A stretch of DNA of 63,116 nucleotides, counting the filler, from Octopus bimaculoides (lineage: Eukaryota): the NCBI RefSeq assembly GCF_001194135.2. It is 5 parts of 5 records of this genome, joined end to end, with 100 filler letters (N's around TTAATTAATTAA, not from the genome) between each part and the next. Parts side by side here need not be neighbours in the genome. Positions count along the whole stretch, not along the records: positions 1 to 14,642 come from NC_068985.1; positions 14,743 to 32,507 come from NC_068995.1; 3 more parts are not named here. One strand, 5' to 3'. Shown here one piece after another: positions 13,383 to 27,035 of this stretch; position 1 is the first letter of the stretch; each line of letters opens with the position of its first letter. The notes beneath the pieces were generated by a model. The model did no database searches, had not been told where the DNA came from, and saw only the letters and a program-made list of their open reading frames with translations. The position numbers and the translations under genes were made by a program.

Positions 13383-13789
13383 GAGGGAGTTAGACAACAT
13401 GTGTAAGCAAATAAAAAAATGAAAAGAATAAATTATTAAAATGATATTCTTTTTAAAGATTCGTTAAATTACAAATAATATTTCCTGTAACTGCTTTGTC
13501 ATCAAGTTGAAGAAGATTTCTGAGGATCCTGAAGAACTAACTTCTTTTTTGTTTTCACTAGAGGAGAAATAAAATGATTTTCCGTTACCTTCTCAAGGTA
13601 GGCAAGAATTTAAAACTGTACCTATTCTTGACAGCTAATTAAACTAAGGCAATTAAAAGTTAAGTCCTGTTAAAAATAATTACGAAAATCATGCACCAAA
13701 CTTGAGGTTGCAGCCTAGGATTCGGTCTATCAGTAGCTTAATGACTTTACCATCACATTTTGATTAATTGTGGAAATCTCCACACCTAG

Positions 13790-14070
13790 GCGAAGGTGGT
13801 TAAGAAACTTGCTTTGCTGCCACAAGATTTCGGGTTCTGTTTCACTGTGTGTGCACTTGTGTGTGCGTGTGTGTATTGTGTGTGTGTGTTTCTGTGTGTA
13901 TGTGTGTGTATATGTATGTACGTCGGGAAAGCACACAAATACCATCAACCAAATTCACTTACAAAGTACGTATCGACCCAGGATTATTGTAGAAGACGCT
14001 TGGCGTGCTGTGGGTTTGAACTCGAAACAACATGGCTGCAAAGTAAGCTTCTTAACCACACAACCATCTG
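13790..14070. mobile_element. Two degraded SINE family B pieces in opposite orientation
   Basis: GTGGTTAAGAAACTTGCTT (+, ~13797) and ACATGGCTGCAAAGTAAGCTTCTTAACCACAC (-, ~14030). Confidence 0.6.
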
Positions 14071-14318
14071 TACAATTTCATATTTTGGATATCTAAATAA
14101 AATGGCGTGGACGTGCGCGCACGAGCACGCACACACAACTATTAAGGCGTTGCATCTTTCAACGATATAACGTGCGTAGACATATAGAATCATAAATTAA
14201 TTAACTCTCATTAAAGTAAAACAACTCACTTCATAAAAATATCAAATATCTTCCTGATAACGAAATTTTTGTCTTCACATATAAACGTTAGCATTTACTA
14301 TCATCATCATCATCATAA

Positions 14319-14321
<3 letters not shown>

Positions 14322-14401
<80 letters not shown>

Positions 14402-14642
14402 TAGTTTTATTTTTATAACGTGCTTTCACTTCACTACCGAGCGCAGCTCTGTGCGCCTTGGGTATGTGCTGTGGTTTGCTGTGGTGCTCTTATGGTTACT
14501 GTATTGAAAGTGTTTTGCGTAGGATGTGTGCAGTGCCCAGTAGTGCAATTTTCTGTATGTTATATATATTTGTAAGTCCTGGTGTTTTTGTTATGTATTT
14601 GTCTGAATATTTTTTTATTATACCTAAAGCACCTACTATGAT
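14322..14642 (-). mobile_element. R4/Dong-type LINE 3' end (family A) with (TAA)n tail
   Basis: Minus strand encodes IVGALGIIKKYSDKYITKTPGLTNIYNIQKIALLGTAHILRKTLSIQ; near-identical to 16340, 39569 and 50882. Confidence 0.9.
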
Positions 14643-15335
14643 NNNNNNNNNNNNNNNNNNNNNNNNNNNNNNNNNNNNNNNNNNNNTTAATTAATTAANN
14701 NNNNNNNNNNNNNNNNNNNNNNNNNNNNNNNNNNNNNNNNNNTATATATATATTTATATTTATATATATGTATGTATGTATGTGTGTGTGTGTGTATTTA
14801 TATATACATTTACACATATATTCATACAAACGTACATACACATACAAGCACATACATACATACATGCATACATACATACATGCATACATACATACATACA
14901 TACATACATACATACATACATACATACATGCATGCATACATACATGTAGAGATGCATTCGTATACGTGCTTATATCCGTGCACGCATTTACTCACAACCT
15001 TACAAACAGATAGGCTGTCAGAAATAGAAAGAATCATAACTTGGGAATAACAGAGTAGTTTTGTCGAACAGGAATAACGCGGACGACAGCAGATGGATGG
15101 AAAGTGCTACAAAAGAGGACATTTTGAAACAATCAAATAAATAAACAAAGTCACCAAAACATAAACAAACAGATAACTAAACGAATAAAGAAAAAAATAA
15201 AGAAATATATAGGGTTGAAAAAACAAGTAAAGCTACTCAATGGAAGTATGTTCAGAGATTAAGAGAAGTGCCGTTTCCACAGAAACCTTTTTGTCAAGTG
15301 TTTGCAAAGTTTGTCAGATCTTTTTCTATGTCATT

Positions 15336-15371
<36 letters not shown>

Positions 15372-15600
15372 CTCTCTCACTCTTTATATCTTTCTGTTTC
15401 ATACTCACCTTTTCTCCCTCTTTCGTTCTCTTTCCCTGTCTTTCTCTTTCTCTCTCTCTCTCCCTCTCCCTCCCTGTCTTTCTTCCTCTCTTTCCCTCTT
15501 TTACAATTTTTATTATATACGCACATAGATAGATATGTATGTTGTATGTATGCATCTCTTCTTCTCGGTATGTATCTATATACATATACATACAGATATG

Positions 15601-15653
<53 letters not shown>

Positions 15654-15714
15654 GCAGACACACATACGTATGTATGTATCTATATATACATTAACATATG
15701 TATTTACATATACA

Positions 15715-15750
<36 letters not shown>

Positions 15751-15837
15751 NNNNNNNNNNNNNNNNNNNNNNNNNNNNNNNNNNNNNNNNNNNNNNNNNN
15801 NNNNNNNNNNNNNNNNNNNNNNNNNNNNNNNNNNNNN

Positions 15838-15909
<72 letters not shown>

Positions 15910-16314
15910 ACAAAATATACACACCACACATATCTATGAGATAAGAAAGAACCCAAAGTTGTGCAGAATTTTTTACTTGAAGAAATCAAAATCATCATCA
16001 TCATCATCAACATCATTATCGTCGCCTTCATTGTCGTCGTCGTCGTCGTCGCCATCGTTGCCACCACAATCATCACCATCATCGGCATAATCTTAATGAT
16101 CGCCATTGTTGTTCTTGTTATTTTTGTTGTTCTTTCAGTTGTAAAGTAGTACAAGTATTAGTCGGTGTTGCAGTAGTTGTTGTTGGCATCATTTCGTTTG
16201 TTTATCTTTAAAGGAATAGTAGTTATTTTTCCTGCACTGGAGTCGATGTAATACTTCACTATATAACTCCCAAAAATTTGAAGCCTCTACATTTTACATG
16301 CAGCAAAAAGCTTC

Positions 16315-17120
16315 TATTATTATTATTATTATTATTGTTCAGTAGTGTTATTTTTATAACGTGCTTTCACTTCACTACCGAGCGCAGCTCTGTGCGCCTT
16401 GGGTATGTGCTGTGGTTTGCTGTGGTGCTCTTATGTTTACTGTATTGAAAGTGTTTTGCGTAGAATGTGTGCAGTACCCAGTAGTGCAATTTTCTGTAGG
16501 TTATATATATTTGTAAGTCCTGGTGTTTTTGTTATGTATTTGTCTGAATATTTTTTTATTATACCTAAGGCACCTACTATGATAGGAATTGTTTCTGTTT
16601 TTAGACTCCACATTCGAGTTATCTCTATTTCCAGGTCTTTGTATTTTGAAAGTTTTTCCATTTCTTTTAGAGAAACGTTGTCNNNNNNNNNNNNNNNNNN
16701 NNNNNNNNNNNNNNNNNNNNNNNNNNNNNNNNNNNNNNNNNNNNNNNNNNNNNNNNNNNNNNNNNNNNNNNNNNNNNNNNNNNNNNNNNNNNNNNNNNNN
16801 NNNNNNNNNNNNNNNNNNNNNNNNNNNNNNNNNNNNNNNNNNNNNNNNNNNNNNNNNNNNNNNNNNNNNNNNNNNNNNNNNNNNNNNNNNNNNNNNNNNN
16901 NNNNNNNNNNNNNNNNNNNNNNNNNNNNNNNNNNNNNNNNNNNNNNNNNNNNNNNNNNNNNNNNNNNNNNNNACCATCTTTTTTCTGTTGTTATTCCATA
17001 GTGTTGGCATAGCTTCCAGTGTATATAGGTCCCAGCTCTGTCGTGTCTGTGAATATATTCCTTCTTAGCCAGGACTGGGCAGCCAGAGATAATATGATTT
17101 ATTGTTTCTTGTCCATCTCC
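16315..17120 (-). mobile_element. R4/Dong-type LINE 3' fragment (family A): CCHC knuckle + restriction-like endonuclease, interrupted by N gap
   Basis: ORF 16437-16661 EKLSKYKDLEIEITRMWSLKTETIPIIVGALG...LLGTAHILRK. Region 16973-17120 encodes GDGQETINHIISGCPVLAKKEYIHRHDRAGTYIHWKLCQHYGITTEK. (TAA)n tail. Confidence 0.92.
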
Positions 17121-17412
17121 ATTATTGTCTTTGCACAGCTTCTAACGCTGGAGATGTACTACGGTGTCAGCTGTTCACTACCAGTGAACCAAGGTAACAC
17201 CTCTCATTTTTCGAGCACCTTCCGGTGTATTCGAGCGGTTCCAAGCAGTGCTGTTTTCCGCAAGTGCTCCACCCTTATTTCAGACCCTATTTGTTCCATG
17301 TATTTCTCAAGATTTTTACTCAGTGTTCCCAGGGCTCCGACAATTATTGGTACTACTCCCACCTTTTTTATCGACCACAACTGCTTAACTTCCCAAGCTA
17401 ACTTGGGTAATG
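17121..17412 (-). mobile_element. R4/Dong-type LINE 3' end, second family (C)
   Basis: Minus strand QLWSIKKVGVVPIIVGALGTLSKNLEKYMEQIGSEIRVEHLRKTALLGTARIHRKVLEK; same 3' UTR at 59841-59984. Confidence 0.85.
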
Positions 17413-17554
17413 AGGAGCTTCGTGTATTAATTCACAAGGTCATCAGTCGACTTAAGCCTGAATGTATCGACCAAAATTAAAACATTAATTTCTTCTTTTG
17501 TATTTTTTTACTTTCAAAGAGTTAAATTTTATTCCAGGTTAAGAATCAATAATG

Positions 17555-17771
17555 TACGACGGGTTGCTGAAAAATTCCTGACTTTAGGTGAAAGAACATA
17601 CAAGACGATTAGTTATGATTTTGTTCAACATATACACCTCTCAAATTCACACAGTTATTGAAGCGGTCCTTAAGATTTTCTAAGCTCTGCTAAAGAACTT
17701 AGAAGGTTGAGCTTCTCATCAGGTCTTGCGCAATACCATTAAGACCAAGAACTTTTCAGTACCCCGTCGTA
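17555..17771. mobile_element. Mariner-type MITE with TA target duplication
   Basis: Left TACGACGGGTTGCTGAAAAATTCCTG vs reverse complement of right end TACGACGGGGTACTGAAAAGTTCTTG. Confidence 0.85.
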
Positions 17772-18747
17772 ATCTTTTTTCAAGGAGACAGTATGCCCCA
17801 AAACAGCAGTATCTTGTCTATTTCAGTCTTCTTTTTTTTTTAGAATAATTTGCAGTGCTATATGAGGATTTAGCTGCTACATCCAATAAGTGAAACTTTT
17901 CGACATTAAAACCCTGTAATGGCAGAGACAAGATATAAATAAATTTATAAGTTCTAAAATGCAGAAGAATCTGTTGCTGGGCAGTTTGGTTTAATGGCTG
18001 GCCGGCAACGTATCTTTCTGGATTATATGGATAATTTATCCTGCTATTTATAGAATTATCACGCGTTTGAGAAATAAATTTATTTCTGTATCTATAAATA
18101 AATAAAAGCGAGCATTTCCGTAATTCATTACGTTTCGTAACGTTTTACGTTCAAATCCCGCCAGAAACCCCAACTTTTAGCATTTTTCTATGGTCAATTT
18201 CAATGATTTTATAATTCCACCAAATTGACAAAGCTGTCGTAAATCGTTGTTGTTGTTTAATCTTAGTTCAGGCTTAATCAAGAAGATCAATGGCTGAGCA
18301 TATTGCAATCTTGACCATTTTGTTGTTGTTTAGCCCCAGGTCAATCATGATCCACGAAATTTCTAACCAAAAGCATTCCAGCATAGATATCACGCCTTAT
18401 AAGAAAACAGACATCCGTCGCATCACAGAAGCATTGTGCTTTTACTGTAACGTGGAATTCCATAGTAGGAAACTACAACATTCGTTGACTTCCATGTACA
18501 GGTCAATGGGAGCAACGTTTCGCGTTACGGAATTCTATGTTACATTAATATTTCTATATTTTGGGGAATTTAATGCTTCCATTAAGCGAGGGATGTCTGT
18601 ACTTAAGACCTTTATGCCACATTGTGTCATTACTTTTTCAAAGGATTAGAATCAGGTACATGAGTTATGTGACTGCTATTTCTATCAGGTACAACGTCTA
18701 CGTGGATAATCCCTCACTGGTTCGCACTTCGTGCGTTTACGTCGGTG

Positions 18748-18829
18748 CTATTATACTGTGATTCTATTATACTGTGATTCTGTTATACTCTGATTCTATT
18801 ATACTGTGATTCTATTATACTGTGATTCT
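18748..18829. repeat. 16-bp minisatellite, ~5 copies
   Basis: Unit CTATTATACTGTGATT with minor variants. Confidence 0.95.
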
Positions 18830-19736
18830 TAGTACTGTTGTTAATTAGTGGTCAACTTTGACAGAGCAAACAGAGCAGAGCTATAATCACAGCCATTCCA
18901 ACCATGGCCATACCGCATTATGTTCAAACACGATCTATCTTGGAATACATTATTCAACGTATAACACTAACTGATTGTTTTTTTAAATGCTTCATACAAT
19001 ATGATTTGACAAATATTTGGCTGCTATTTCTAGCATATCGCATGACACTGTACAGCCCCACGACACTACACTAGTTATCTTCAATGTTTTACGATGTCTA
19101 GGAGTAAAGGAAGATAAACTCATTATAACGGCGATAGTATCACATCCACTGACTCATCACTTCCGGTTGTAATGGCTAAGCGACCATCACTAAAGCATTA
19201 CAATGACCCAGGACTGAGTAATTTCGTCTAGTTTAGGATATGGTCACTTTAGCGATTAGGATTCGGACCGTGAAATTCCGTGTAGTTGGTTTGTTTCCGG
19301 TCAAGCTAAATTACCAACCTAATGTGGTGGACAGCGATAGTGGTGGACAATGAGGCTAAAAACATGCGCAAAATAAGATAAGTGCGCGCGTGCGCGTATT
19401 CCTTTATGTGCGTGTGTTTATGTGTGTGTGTGTCTGTTTCTGTGTGTGTACACACACACACACACGCGGTATATATATATATATATANNNNNNNNNNNNN
19501 NNNNNNNNNNNNNNNNNNNNNNNNNNNNNNNNNNNNNNNNNNNNNNNNNNNNNNNNNNNNNNNNNNNNNNNNNNNNNNNNNNNNNNNNNNNNNNNNNNNN
19601 NNNNNNNNNNNNNNNNNNNNNNNNNNNNNNNNNNNNNNNNNNNNNNNNNNNNNNNNNNNNNNNNNNNNNNNNNNNNNNNNNNNNNNNNNNNNNNNNNNNN
19701 NNNNNNNNNNNNNNNNNNNNNNNNNNNNNNNNNNNN

Positions 19737-19789
<53 letters not shown>

Positions 19790-19938
19790 TGTTTATACGT
19801 GAAGATGCGTGTATATGTGCATTGATGTATATAGTATAGATGCATGCATATGTGTGTATGTAAGCGTAAGAGTGAGAAAGAGAACGACAGACTGGGAAAA
19901 CTGACAGAGAGACAGAGAGACAGACAGACAGACACACC

Positions 19939-19973
<35 letters not shown>

Positions 19974-21149
19974 GCACGATGATAGCGTACATATTACACA
20001 CACGTACTGACTTTTATTCGTGAAGGTAATGGTGGTGATGGTGGCGCTATTGATGTTAACGGTCATGAACATTATTATGACACTAATGATACGCTATTAA
20101 AGCGAAACAAAGGCACACACACATACACACTTGCACACACATGTACACATATATACACATACACTTTCACACATACAAACACATGCATACATATACATGC
20201 ACACACATGCACATCCACACACATTCACAAGCACATAAATGCACATACTTATACATAGACGGACACATGACAGACGTGCACATATAAATGTGTATGTATA
20301 TATCTATGTATGTATGTGTGTATACACACAGGTTTTATAAAGAAGAGTATATTTTGTCTCATATCTTCCACTGTTACACAAAGAACACTATGCACACTAA
20401 CAATTTCAACGACATACCTACTATTGCATACTACATTATATACGTCTTTAGTAGACGCATATGTAATACGTCACCGAATACAAGAAACATCTATTATCAA
20501 TGATATATCACACTATAATACTGCAGAAGACAGAAGTGGTTGCAAAACACAAATTACCTCACACTAAGTAAGAATACATATTAAAAAAGGCATAGAGAAA
20601 GTGTCTGGTTTAATCAACCAGGTAGTATAAATAATGCAGCGAATTGGTCAAGTCGTTAGCGTGTCGGATAAATTTCCTCGTGGTCGTTATTCTACGCATT
20701 GATTTCAAATACCAGTGAGGTCAGGTTTATATTGCATTTTTTCAGGTACCAGAGTTGTACTTTGAGGGATTCTTCTTATTTCTGTCTCTCTTTTCTTCCT
20801 CTGCCATTCCTTGTAGAAGAAATTGGTTGTGGCCAGATATGGGAAAGGAAGGGCTCCATCAGATCTAAAAATGCCCATGACCTACTGTATGTTTCAACGT
20901 TGCCCTTACCACTTCTCAAGAATTTGAGGTCCTAAGACATACTTTAAATGCAACCATATATATATATTGCTAGGACTCTCCTTACACTAAACAGTTCTCT
21001 ATTTCACACAGATATAAAAAGATCTTCAATGAGAATGTTGTAAAACCAGCTATAACTAATCTAAAAACACAGGACAAATAACCAATCCCAATACGATTGC
21101 TGTGGCATGCTTAATGATATTATCAAAGAAAGAATATTAAAAATCAAAT

Positions 21150-21530
21150 CAACAGACCGTTGTCTTGTGAGATGATTTTTAACTGAATTCTCAAGCACGT
21201 TATATGGAATCGGTTTAGTTCTTTGGCGTGGCGTTCGTAAACTATCCAAGCCTCGCAGGCATACAATAGTGTAGGCAGTACAGCTGTTTGGTACACCTTC
21301 AACTCGGTGGTCAGTCTAATGCCTCTCCTCTCTCTCACACTGATAAGTGTAGCTGCCCGAACGCTGGCGATACGTGTATCGACTTCATCGTCTATCTTCA
21401 CAGATCTAGTGAGTGTGCTTCCAAAGTACGCGAAATTATCAACAACCTTATATATTTCAAAGGTCCTTCCCAAGTCATAGGTAAACAGTGCCGGTTTCCC
21501 GTATTCCGTGGTATACATATTCCTACCATT
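21150..21530 (-). mobile_element. RTE (BovB-like) LINE fragment, RT C-terminal region
   Basis: VVDNFAYFGSTLTRSVKIDDEVDTRIA...RRGIRLTTELKVYQTAVLPTLLYACEAWIVYERHAKELNRFHITCLR matches RTE RT motifs (YLGS, LLYxCExW). Confidence 0.9.
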
Positions 21531-21574
21531 GGATGGGACGCTGGTCCGTTGCAGAGATTTTTCCTTTTTGACCA

Positions 21575-21705
21575 ACTGAGTGAATTGAAGCAACGTGAAA
21601 TGCAGTGTTTTGCCCAATAACAGAAGGTATCACTCGGTTCGAGAATCGAAACCATATTCTTAAAATCATGAGTGCAATACCATAACCACTAAATCACGCG
21701 TCTCC
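21575..21705 (-). mobile_element. Degraded SINE family D head
   Basis: Minus strand TGGAGACGCGTGATTTAGTGGTTATGGTATTG...GGTTTCGATTCTCG...TTTCACGTTGCTTCAATTCACTCAG. Confidence 0.6.
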
Positions 21706-22195
21706 ACATATTCATCTATAAATATTCAGGTTTTTCAATGCAAAACAAGAAAAACTTAACTCAAAACATGTGTAAGTATTTTCACTTTTTCTTATTTCTG
21801 TCAGTAAACTGAAGCCATGCTGGAGCACCACCTCGAAAATTTCAGTCGAATGAATTGTTCCGTGTAGTTATATTTCTATTTTACTCTGGTACATATCCTA
21901 TCATACACTTTGTCGAACATCTAAGTTACGTGGACGGTTGTCAAGCAGTTGAGTGGGGCAAGCACAAAAACACACACATGTATATATACGACATACTTAT
22001 TTCGTAAAAATGTATATATATATGTGTGTGTGTGTGTTTGTGTATGTGTGTGTGTGTGTACTACATTTTATATATTTCGTTTTCCCAGACACAATATTAT
22101 ATATATATATATATGTATGTGTGTGTGGGGGGGGTATGTATGTGTATATGCATGCACATACACATACATATGTATGTTTGTATTTTTTTTATTCA

Positions 22196-22606
22196 TCTTT
22201 TACTTGCTTCCGTCGGTGGACTGCGGCCATGCTGGGATACTGTGTTGAAGGGTTTAGTCGAACAAATTGATGCCAGTAGATTTTTTTTTTAAACGCCTAA
22301 TACTTATTTTGTTGTTTTCTTTTACGGAACCGCTAAGTTACGGAGACAGAAACAAACCACCACCGGTTGTCAAGCGCTGGTAGAGGACGAACACGTACAC
22401 AAAGACAAATACATCCAAATACATACATGCATATACAGATATAATATTGGGCTTCTTCCAGTTTCCGTCTACCAAGCCCACTCACTAGGCTTTGGACGAC
22501 CCGGAGCTATAGCAGAAGACTTTAGCCTCAGATGCCACGCAGTAAGACTGAACCAGGAACCATATGGTTTAGAAGCAAACTTCTTACCATCCAGCCACGC
22601 CTGCAC
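22196..22606 (-). mobile_element. SINE family B, near full length (older 3' piece at ~21790-21950)
   Basis: Reverse complement of the family B body (CCGCTAAGTTACGG, TTTCCGTCTACCAA, GAACCAGGAACCATATGG). Confidence 0.85.
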
Positions 22607-22966
22607 CTATATATGTATGCATGTGTGTGTGTGTGTGTGTGTGTNNNNNNNNNNNNNNNNNNNNNNNNNNNNNNNNNNNNNNNNNNNNNNNNNNNNNNNN
22701 NNNNNNNNNNNNNNNNNNNNNNNNNNNNNNNNNNNNNNNNNNNNNNNNNNNNNNNNNNNNNNNNNNNNNNNNNNNNNNNNNNNNNNNNNNNNNNNNNNNN
22801 NNNNNNNNNNNNNNNNNNNNNNNNNNNNNNNNNNNNNNNNNNNNNNNNNNNNNNNNNNNNNNNNNNNNNNNNNNNNNNNNNNNNNNNNNNNNNNNNNNNN
22901 NNNNNNNNNNNNNNNNNNNNNNNNNNNNNNNNNNNNNNNNNNNNNNNNNNNNNNNNNNNNNNNNNN

Positions 22967-23017
<51 letters not shown>

Positions 23018-23319
23018 TTTCTTTTACGCGTATTACTTATAGTCAATTTACGCCACTAAACCATACCAAACTACTATTAGAACTAACAGGAAGTTGTGAT
23101 GTGTATGCCCAAGTTGTTATCAATAAAAGCGGATAGTAATGCGCTTAGCTTGGTAAATAAGCGATACTAGTGAGGTAGTTATAGGTAGCTGTGATGTTCA
23201 TGACGAAATTGTTGGCAATTAAACACTAAGATCAGGACTTAGGTTAACAAATAGTAGGAAAGGTTTTGTTTGGTGAGTTTAAAAATTGTCACTTCCGGTC
23301 GTGCAATTAGCGTTGTTAG

Positions 23320-23667
23320 TGTTGTTGTAGTTGTTGTTGGTTGTGGTGGTGGTAGTGGTGGTGGTGGTGGTGTCGTTGTCGTTGTTGTTTTATATAGTTT
23401 GGGTTTTACTTCACTTTTCAACATTGAAAAGAAAAAAGAAAAACAGAAAAATAGACAGAAATTAGGTGTTGTTGATATTGTTGTTGTGGTGGTTGTTGAG
23501 TGAGGATATTATTGATTTTTTTTTCTTTCCCTTCCTGCATGCGACGACGATGACGATGACGACGACGACGACGATGTCTTTGAGTATGACGATGGCAATG
23601 ATGATGTTAGTTGTGGTGGAGGTGTTGGTGATGCCGATGATGATTATGATGATGATGATGATTGTGT

Positions 23668-23718
<51 letters not shown>

Positions 23719-23937
23719 CGACGACGGTGATGATGATGACGATGATGATCATGATGATCATGATGATGATGATACTGTTATTGCTGGTGGCGGCGCTGGT
23801 GGTTGTTATTGGACATAAGGAGGAGGAGAAAGAGGAGGAGAAAGAGGAGGTGAAAGAGGAGGAGAAAGAAGAGGGAGAGGGGAGGATGGGAATGGGAAAA
23901 AAGAATAGTGACCATAATAATAATGGTAGGTATCACC

Positions 23938-23971
<34 letters not shown>

Positions 23972-24012
23972 TCGTCATCATCATCATCATCATCATCCTC
24001 ATCATCATGAAC
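23320..24012. repeat. Compound trinucleotide island (GTT, GGT, GAC, GAT, GAG, CAC, CAT)
   Basis: Direct reading; produces poly-M/E/H and poly-D/P pseudo-ORFs. Confidence 0.9.
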
Positions 24013-24852
24013 GGCCATGTTAGTGATCGTCGCTCGTTCATTGTTTATCTTCTTCATTGACTCATGACGTAGATCAAAAGACACTAAATTCATTTGTGAC
24101 AGTGACACTGGTGGCGTCTGGCGGGGGGGGGGCGGAGATGTTGGTAGTTCTGCACTTCCACATTATGCACTTTATTGTAGTTTATTGTAGCTACTAATTT
24201 CCAACTCTCCCTCTCCCTCTCCCTCTCCTTCTCTCTCTCTCCCTTCTCTCTCTCTCTTTGTTTCTCTCTCTTCTGTCGTCTACGTTTTCTGTTACTTTCA
24301 CTTATTGTCCCGGTCATCATACGCACGCATGCATACATACATACACATATATACATNNNNNNNNNNNNNNNNNNNNNNNNNNNNNNNNNNNNNNNNNNNN
24401 NNNNNNNNNNNNNNNNNNNNNNNTGTGTGTGTGTGTAATGCATATATACACACATATATACATACAGGCATATGTGCCTGTGTGTGTGTGTCCAGCTTTC
24501 TCTTTCTCTATGTTTTCCCCACCTTTTAGCCCTCACCTTTGTCCTCTATGCTTGTTAGGTAGGACAAATGTTTGCCGTTCTATTAGTAAAGCTGCCCTCT
24601 CGTCTCGCGCTTCAAATCCCCCGTTCCTTTTTAACGAACACCATACACTACCTTGTTTAATCTAAACACCAATAACAACAACAATAACATACAATATACT
24701 ACTACGACAGCGACAACAGCAATACTAATCACCACGGATACTATAAGACCAACGTTTACTATTAGCTCCATCGTTGGAATATCAGATAATATGCGGCATT
24801 TGTTTCGGATCTATGTGTTTTAGGTTCAAACCTAACTGACGCCAAATTAGTT

Positions 24853-25030
24853 TCTTCTTCTTCTTCTTCTTCTTCTTCTTCTTCTTCTTCTTCTTCTTCT
24901 TCTTCTTCTTCTTCTTCTCCACTCANNNNNNNNNNNNNNNNNNTTCTTCTTCTTCTTCTTCTTCTTCTTCTTCTTCTTCTTCTTCTTCTTCTTCTTCTTC
25001 TTCTTCTTCTTCTTCTTCTTCTTCTTCTTC
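24853..25030. repeat. (TTC)n microsatellite split by a small N gap
   Basis: Direct reading; both halves end CTTCTTCTCCACTCA, suggesting duplicated contig ends. Confidence 0.9.
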
Positions 25031-26116
25031 TCCACTCAGCATGGAAAGGTTATAGTGATACTACTGCTGCAGTAGCATCAAACATCTTCTACAAGACTTA
25101 AGACAACATCCATATTCATAGCATCGGCACAATTTCTTATAGCGGTTAATTATTACTCAGACACGCCGTACATATACTGCAACAACTGTTAAGTTAATGT
25201 TCACTTATTTAATGAAGTTACCGTCCACAATTTTATGTCGAAATGATTTTCTGGTGACAAAAAGTCGATATTATCTCACTGACTTAAAACATTATAATTA
25301 TTCCTGCAAATATGGGAAAGAACATCGAATATGTTTCATTCCTTTTAGACCTCTTCAGCGAAACAAATACAGCACCGAACGTGAATATGTAATAATGATA
25401 CGAAACTCTTTAAATGACTATAGAATATTGTATAACATTAGCATTAAACAATGTATTATGTAGTTAGTTACACATGAAGCCTTTCTACGTATATATAGTT
25501 AATTACAATTAGAGGGAAATTAAATGGTTTTCTGCTTCTTCTTTCTACTTACGTCACGGTTTAGAGCAAATGAAAATGGGTTCCGTGTAATTCGCACATT
25601 TAAAAAAAATGATTTCTATGTGATTTATTCTATAAATATAAATAAGAGGCTTACATGAGAAGCATAAAATGAGTGGCGTTTTATATAGATGAACTAAAAT
25701 ACACATATCTTCATTTCATCGCCAATACCATGAAACTCTCTCTGTCTTTCTCTCTCTACCTTTCTCTCTCATTCATTTTACATTCCATATTAGAAATCAA
25801 TGTATATCCTAATTCGTATAAATATGATGTAGAAAATTGAATAAAATTGATGAAGCTAGGTTAACCATAAAACAGAACATTCTTTTCTTATAGGAAATTT
25901 CAATATGTAACGCTGTAACTCGGCAAATATCCAGAAACGAATTAGAAGGTACGAACCTTGTCCGTTTTCAGAATATCACTTTATTATTCTTGAAACAGAT
26001 ACACCGAGCCAGATCTCGCTGCACCATTTGTGAACCACTTAGATAACATGTTCACATAATAAAAACAAACGTATATTATATTGATGTTGTTTAGTCCCAT
26101 ATTAGTCCAGATCAAG

Positions 26117-26500
26117 GTGGAGGCGCAATGGCCCAGTGGTTAGGGCAGCGGACTCGCGGTCATAGGATCGCGGTTTCGATTCCCAGACCGGGCGTTGTGA
26201 GTGTTTATTGAGCGAAAACACCTAAAGCTCCACGAGGCTCCGGCAGGCGATGGTGGCGAACCCTGCTGTACTCTTTTACCACAAATTTCTCTTACTTCCT
26301 GTTTCTGTTGTGCCTGTAATTCAAAGGGTCAGCCTTGTCACACTGTGTCATGCTGAATCTCCCCGAGAACTACGTTAAGGGTACACGTGTCTGTGGAGTG
26401 CTCAACCACTTGCATGTTAATTTCACGTGCAGGCTGTTCCGTTGATCGAATCAACTGGAATCCTTGACGTCGTAAGTGACGGAGTGCCAACAACAGCAAC
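26117..26500 (+). mobile_element. Full-length SINE family C with 13-bp target-site duplication
   Basis: Head GGCGCAATGGCCCAGTGGTTAGG...GGTTTCGATTCCC, (CAA)n-like tail, TSD AGTCCAGATCAAG at 26104-26116 and 26501-26513. Confidence 0.95.
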
Positions 26501-26819
26501 AGTCCAGATCAAGCAGAAATATGTCAGTTTTTTTCATGGACAAATTGCTAGATGCATTATTAAGTCAAAACAACAGGCAAACATTCCCTTTGCAATAAAT
26601 CTAACGAAGAGGCGTTAAATCAAAATAATAACACCAACTATCCACCTAAGATCATAAAGGACATTGCAGACAATTAGCAGATCTATCATTTCTTATCTAT
26701 CCTGAGAGAGAAATTTCTATTAAAGTTGTTCCACATAATAATTGAACCTTAGTTTGAAATTGTTTTACAAAAAGCTGGAATGCACAACATGGTGATCAAT
26801 ATTATACAATACGAACGCG

Positions 26820-27035
26820 ACAAGCTGGCAGAAGCATCAGCGCAGCGGATAAAATGCTTAGCGGTATTTTATCCGTCTTTACGTTATGAGTTCAAATTCC
26901 GCTGAAGTCGACTCCGTCTTTCCTCTTTTCAGGATTGATATAATAAGCTCCCGTTGAGCAATCGGATCAATGTAATCAACTTATCCCCTTCCCAGTAATT
27001 GCTGGCCTTGTGCTAATATTTGAAACCAATATTAT
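26820..27035 (+). mobile_element. SINE family A, diverged
   Basis: GCTGGCAGAA...AATGCTTAGCGGTATTT...GAGTTCAAATTCCGC...GTCGACT...GGCCTTGTGC. Confidence 0.85.

Noticed and set aside
14687-14698. TTAATTAATTAA as a biological motif
   Set aside because: Always isolated within Ns; assembly or linker artefact.
18748-18829. CRISPR-like array
   Set aside because: Contiguous 16-bp units with no unique spacers, in eukaryotic DNA; ordinary minisatellite.
19150-19230. Type-II hammerhead-like arrangement on the minus strand (GAC-GAAA...GUGAUGA-GUC)
   Set aside because: C3 is replaced and the cleavage-site nucleotide would be G (not H); likely chance.
23466-24108. 185-aa + strand ORF (poly-M/E/H) and overlapping minus-strand poly-D/P ORFs
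   Set aside because: Made entirely of stop-free trinucleotide microsatellites; no non-repetitive domain and no convincing splice context.
26117-26190. tRNA gene
   Set aside because: Has A and B boxes but no complete cloverleaf, and continues into a SINE body with a TSD. The same applies to the heads at 9478-9556 and 12340-12415.
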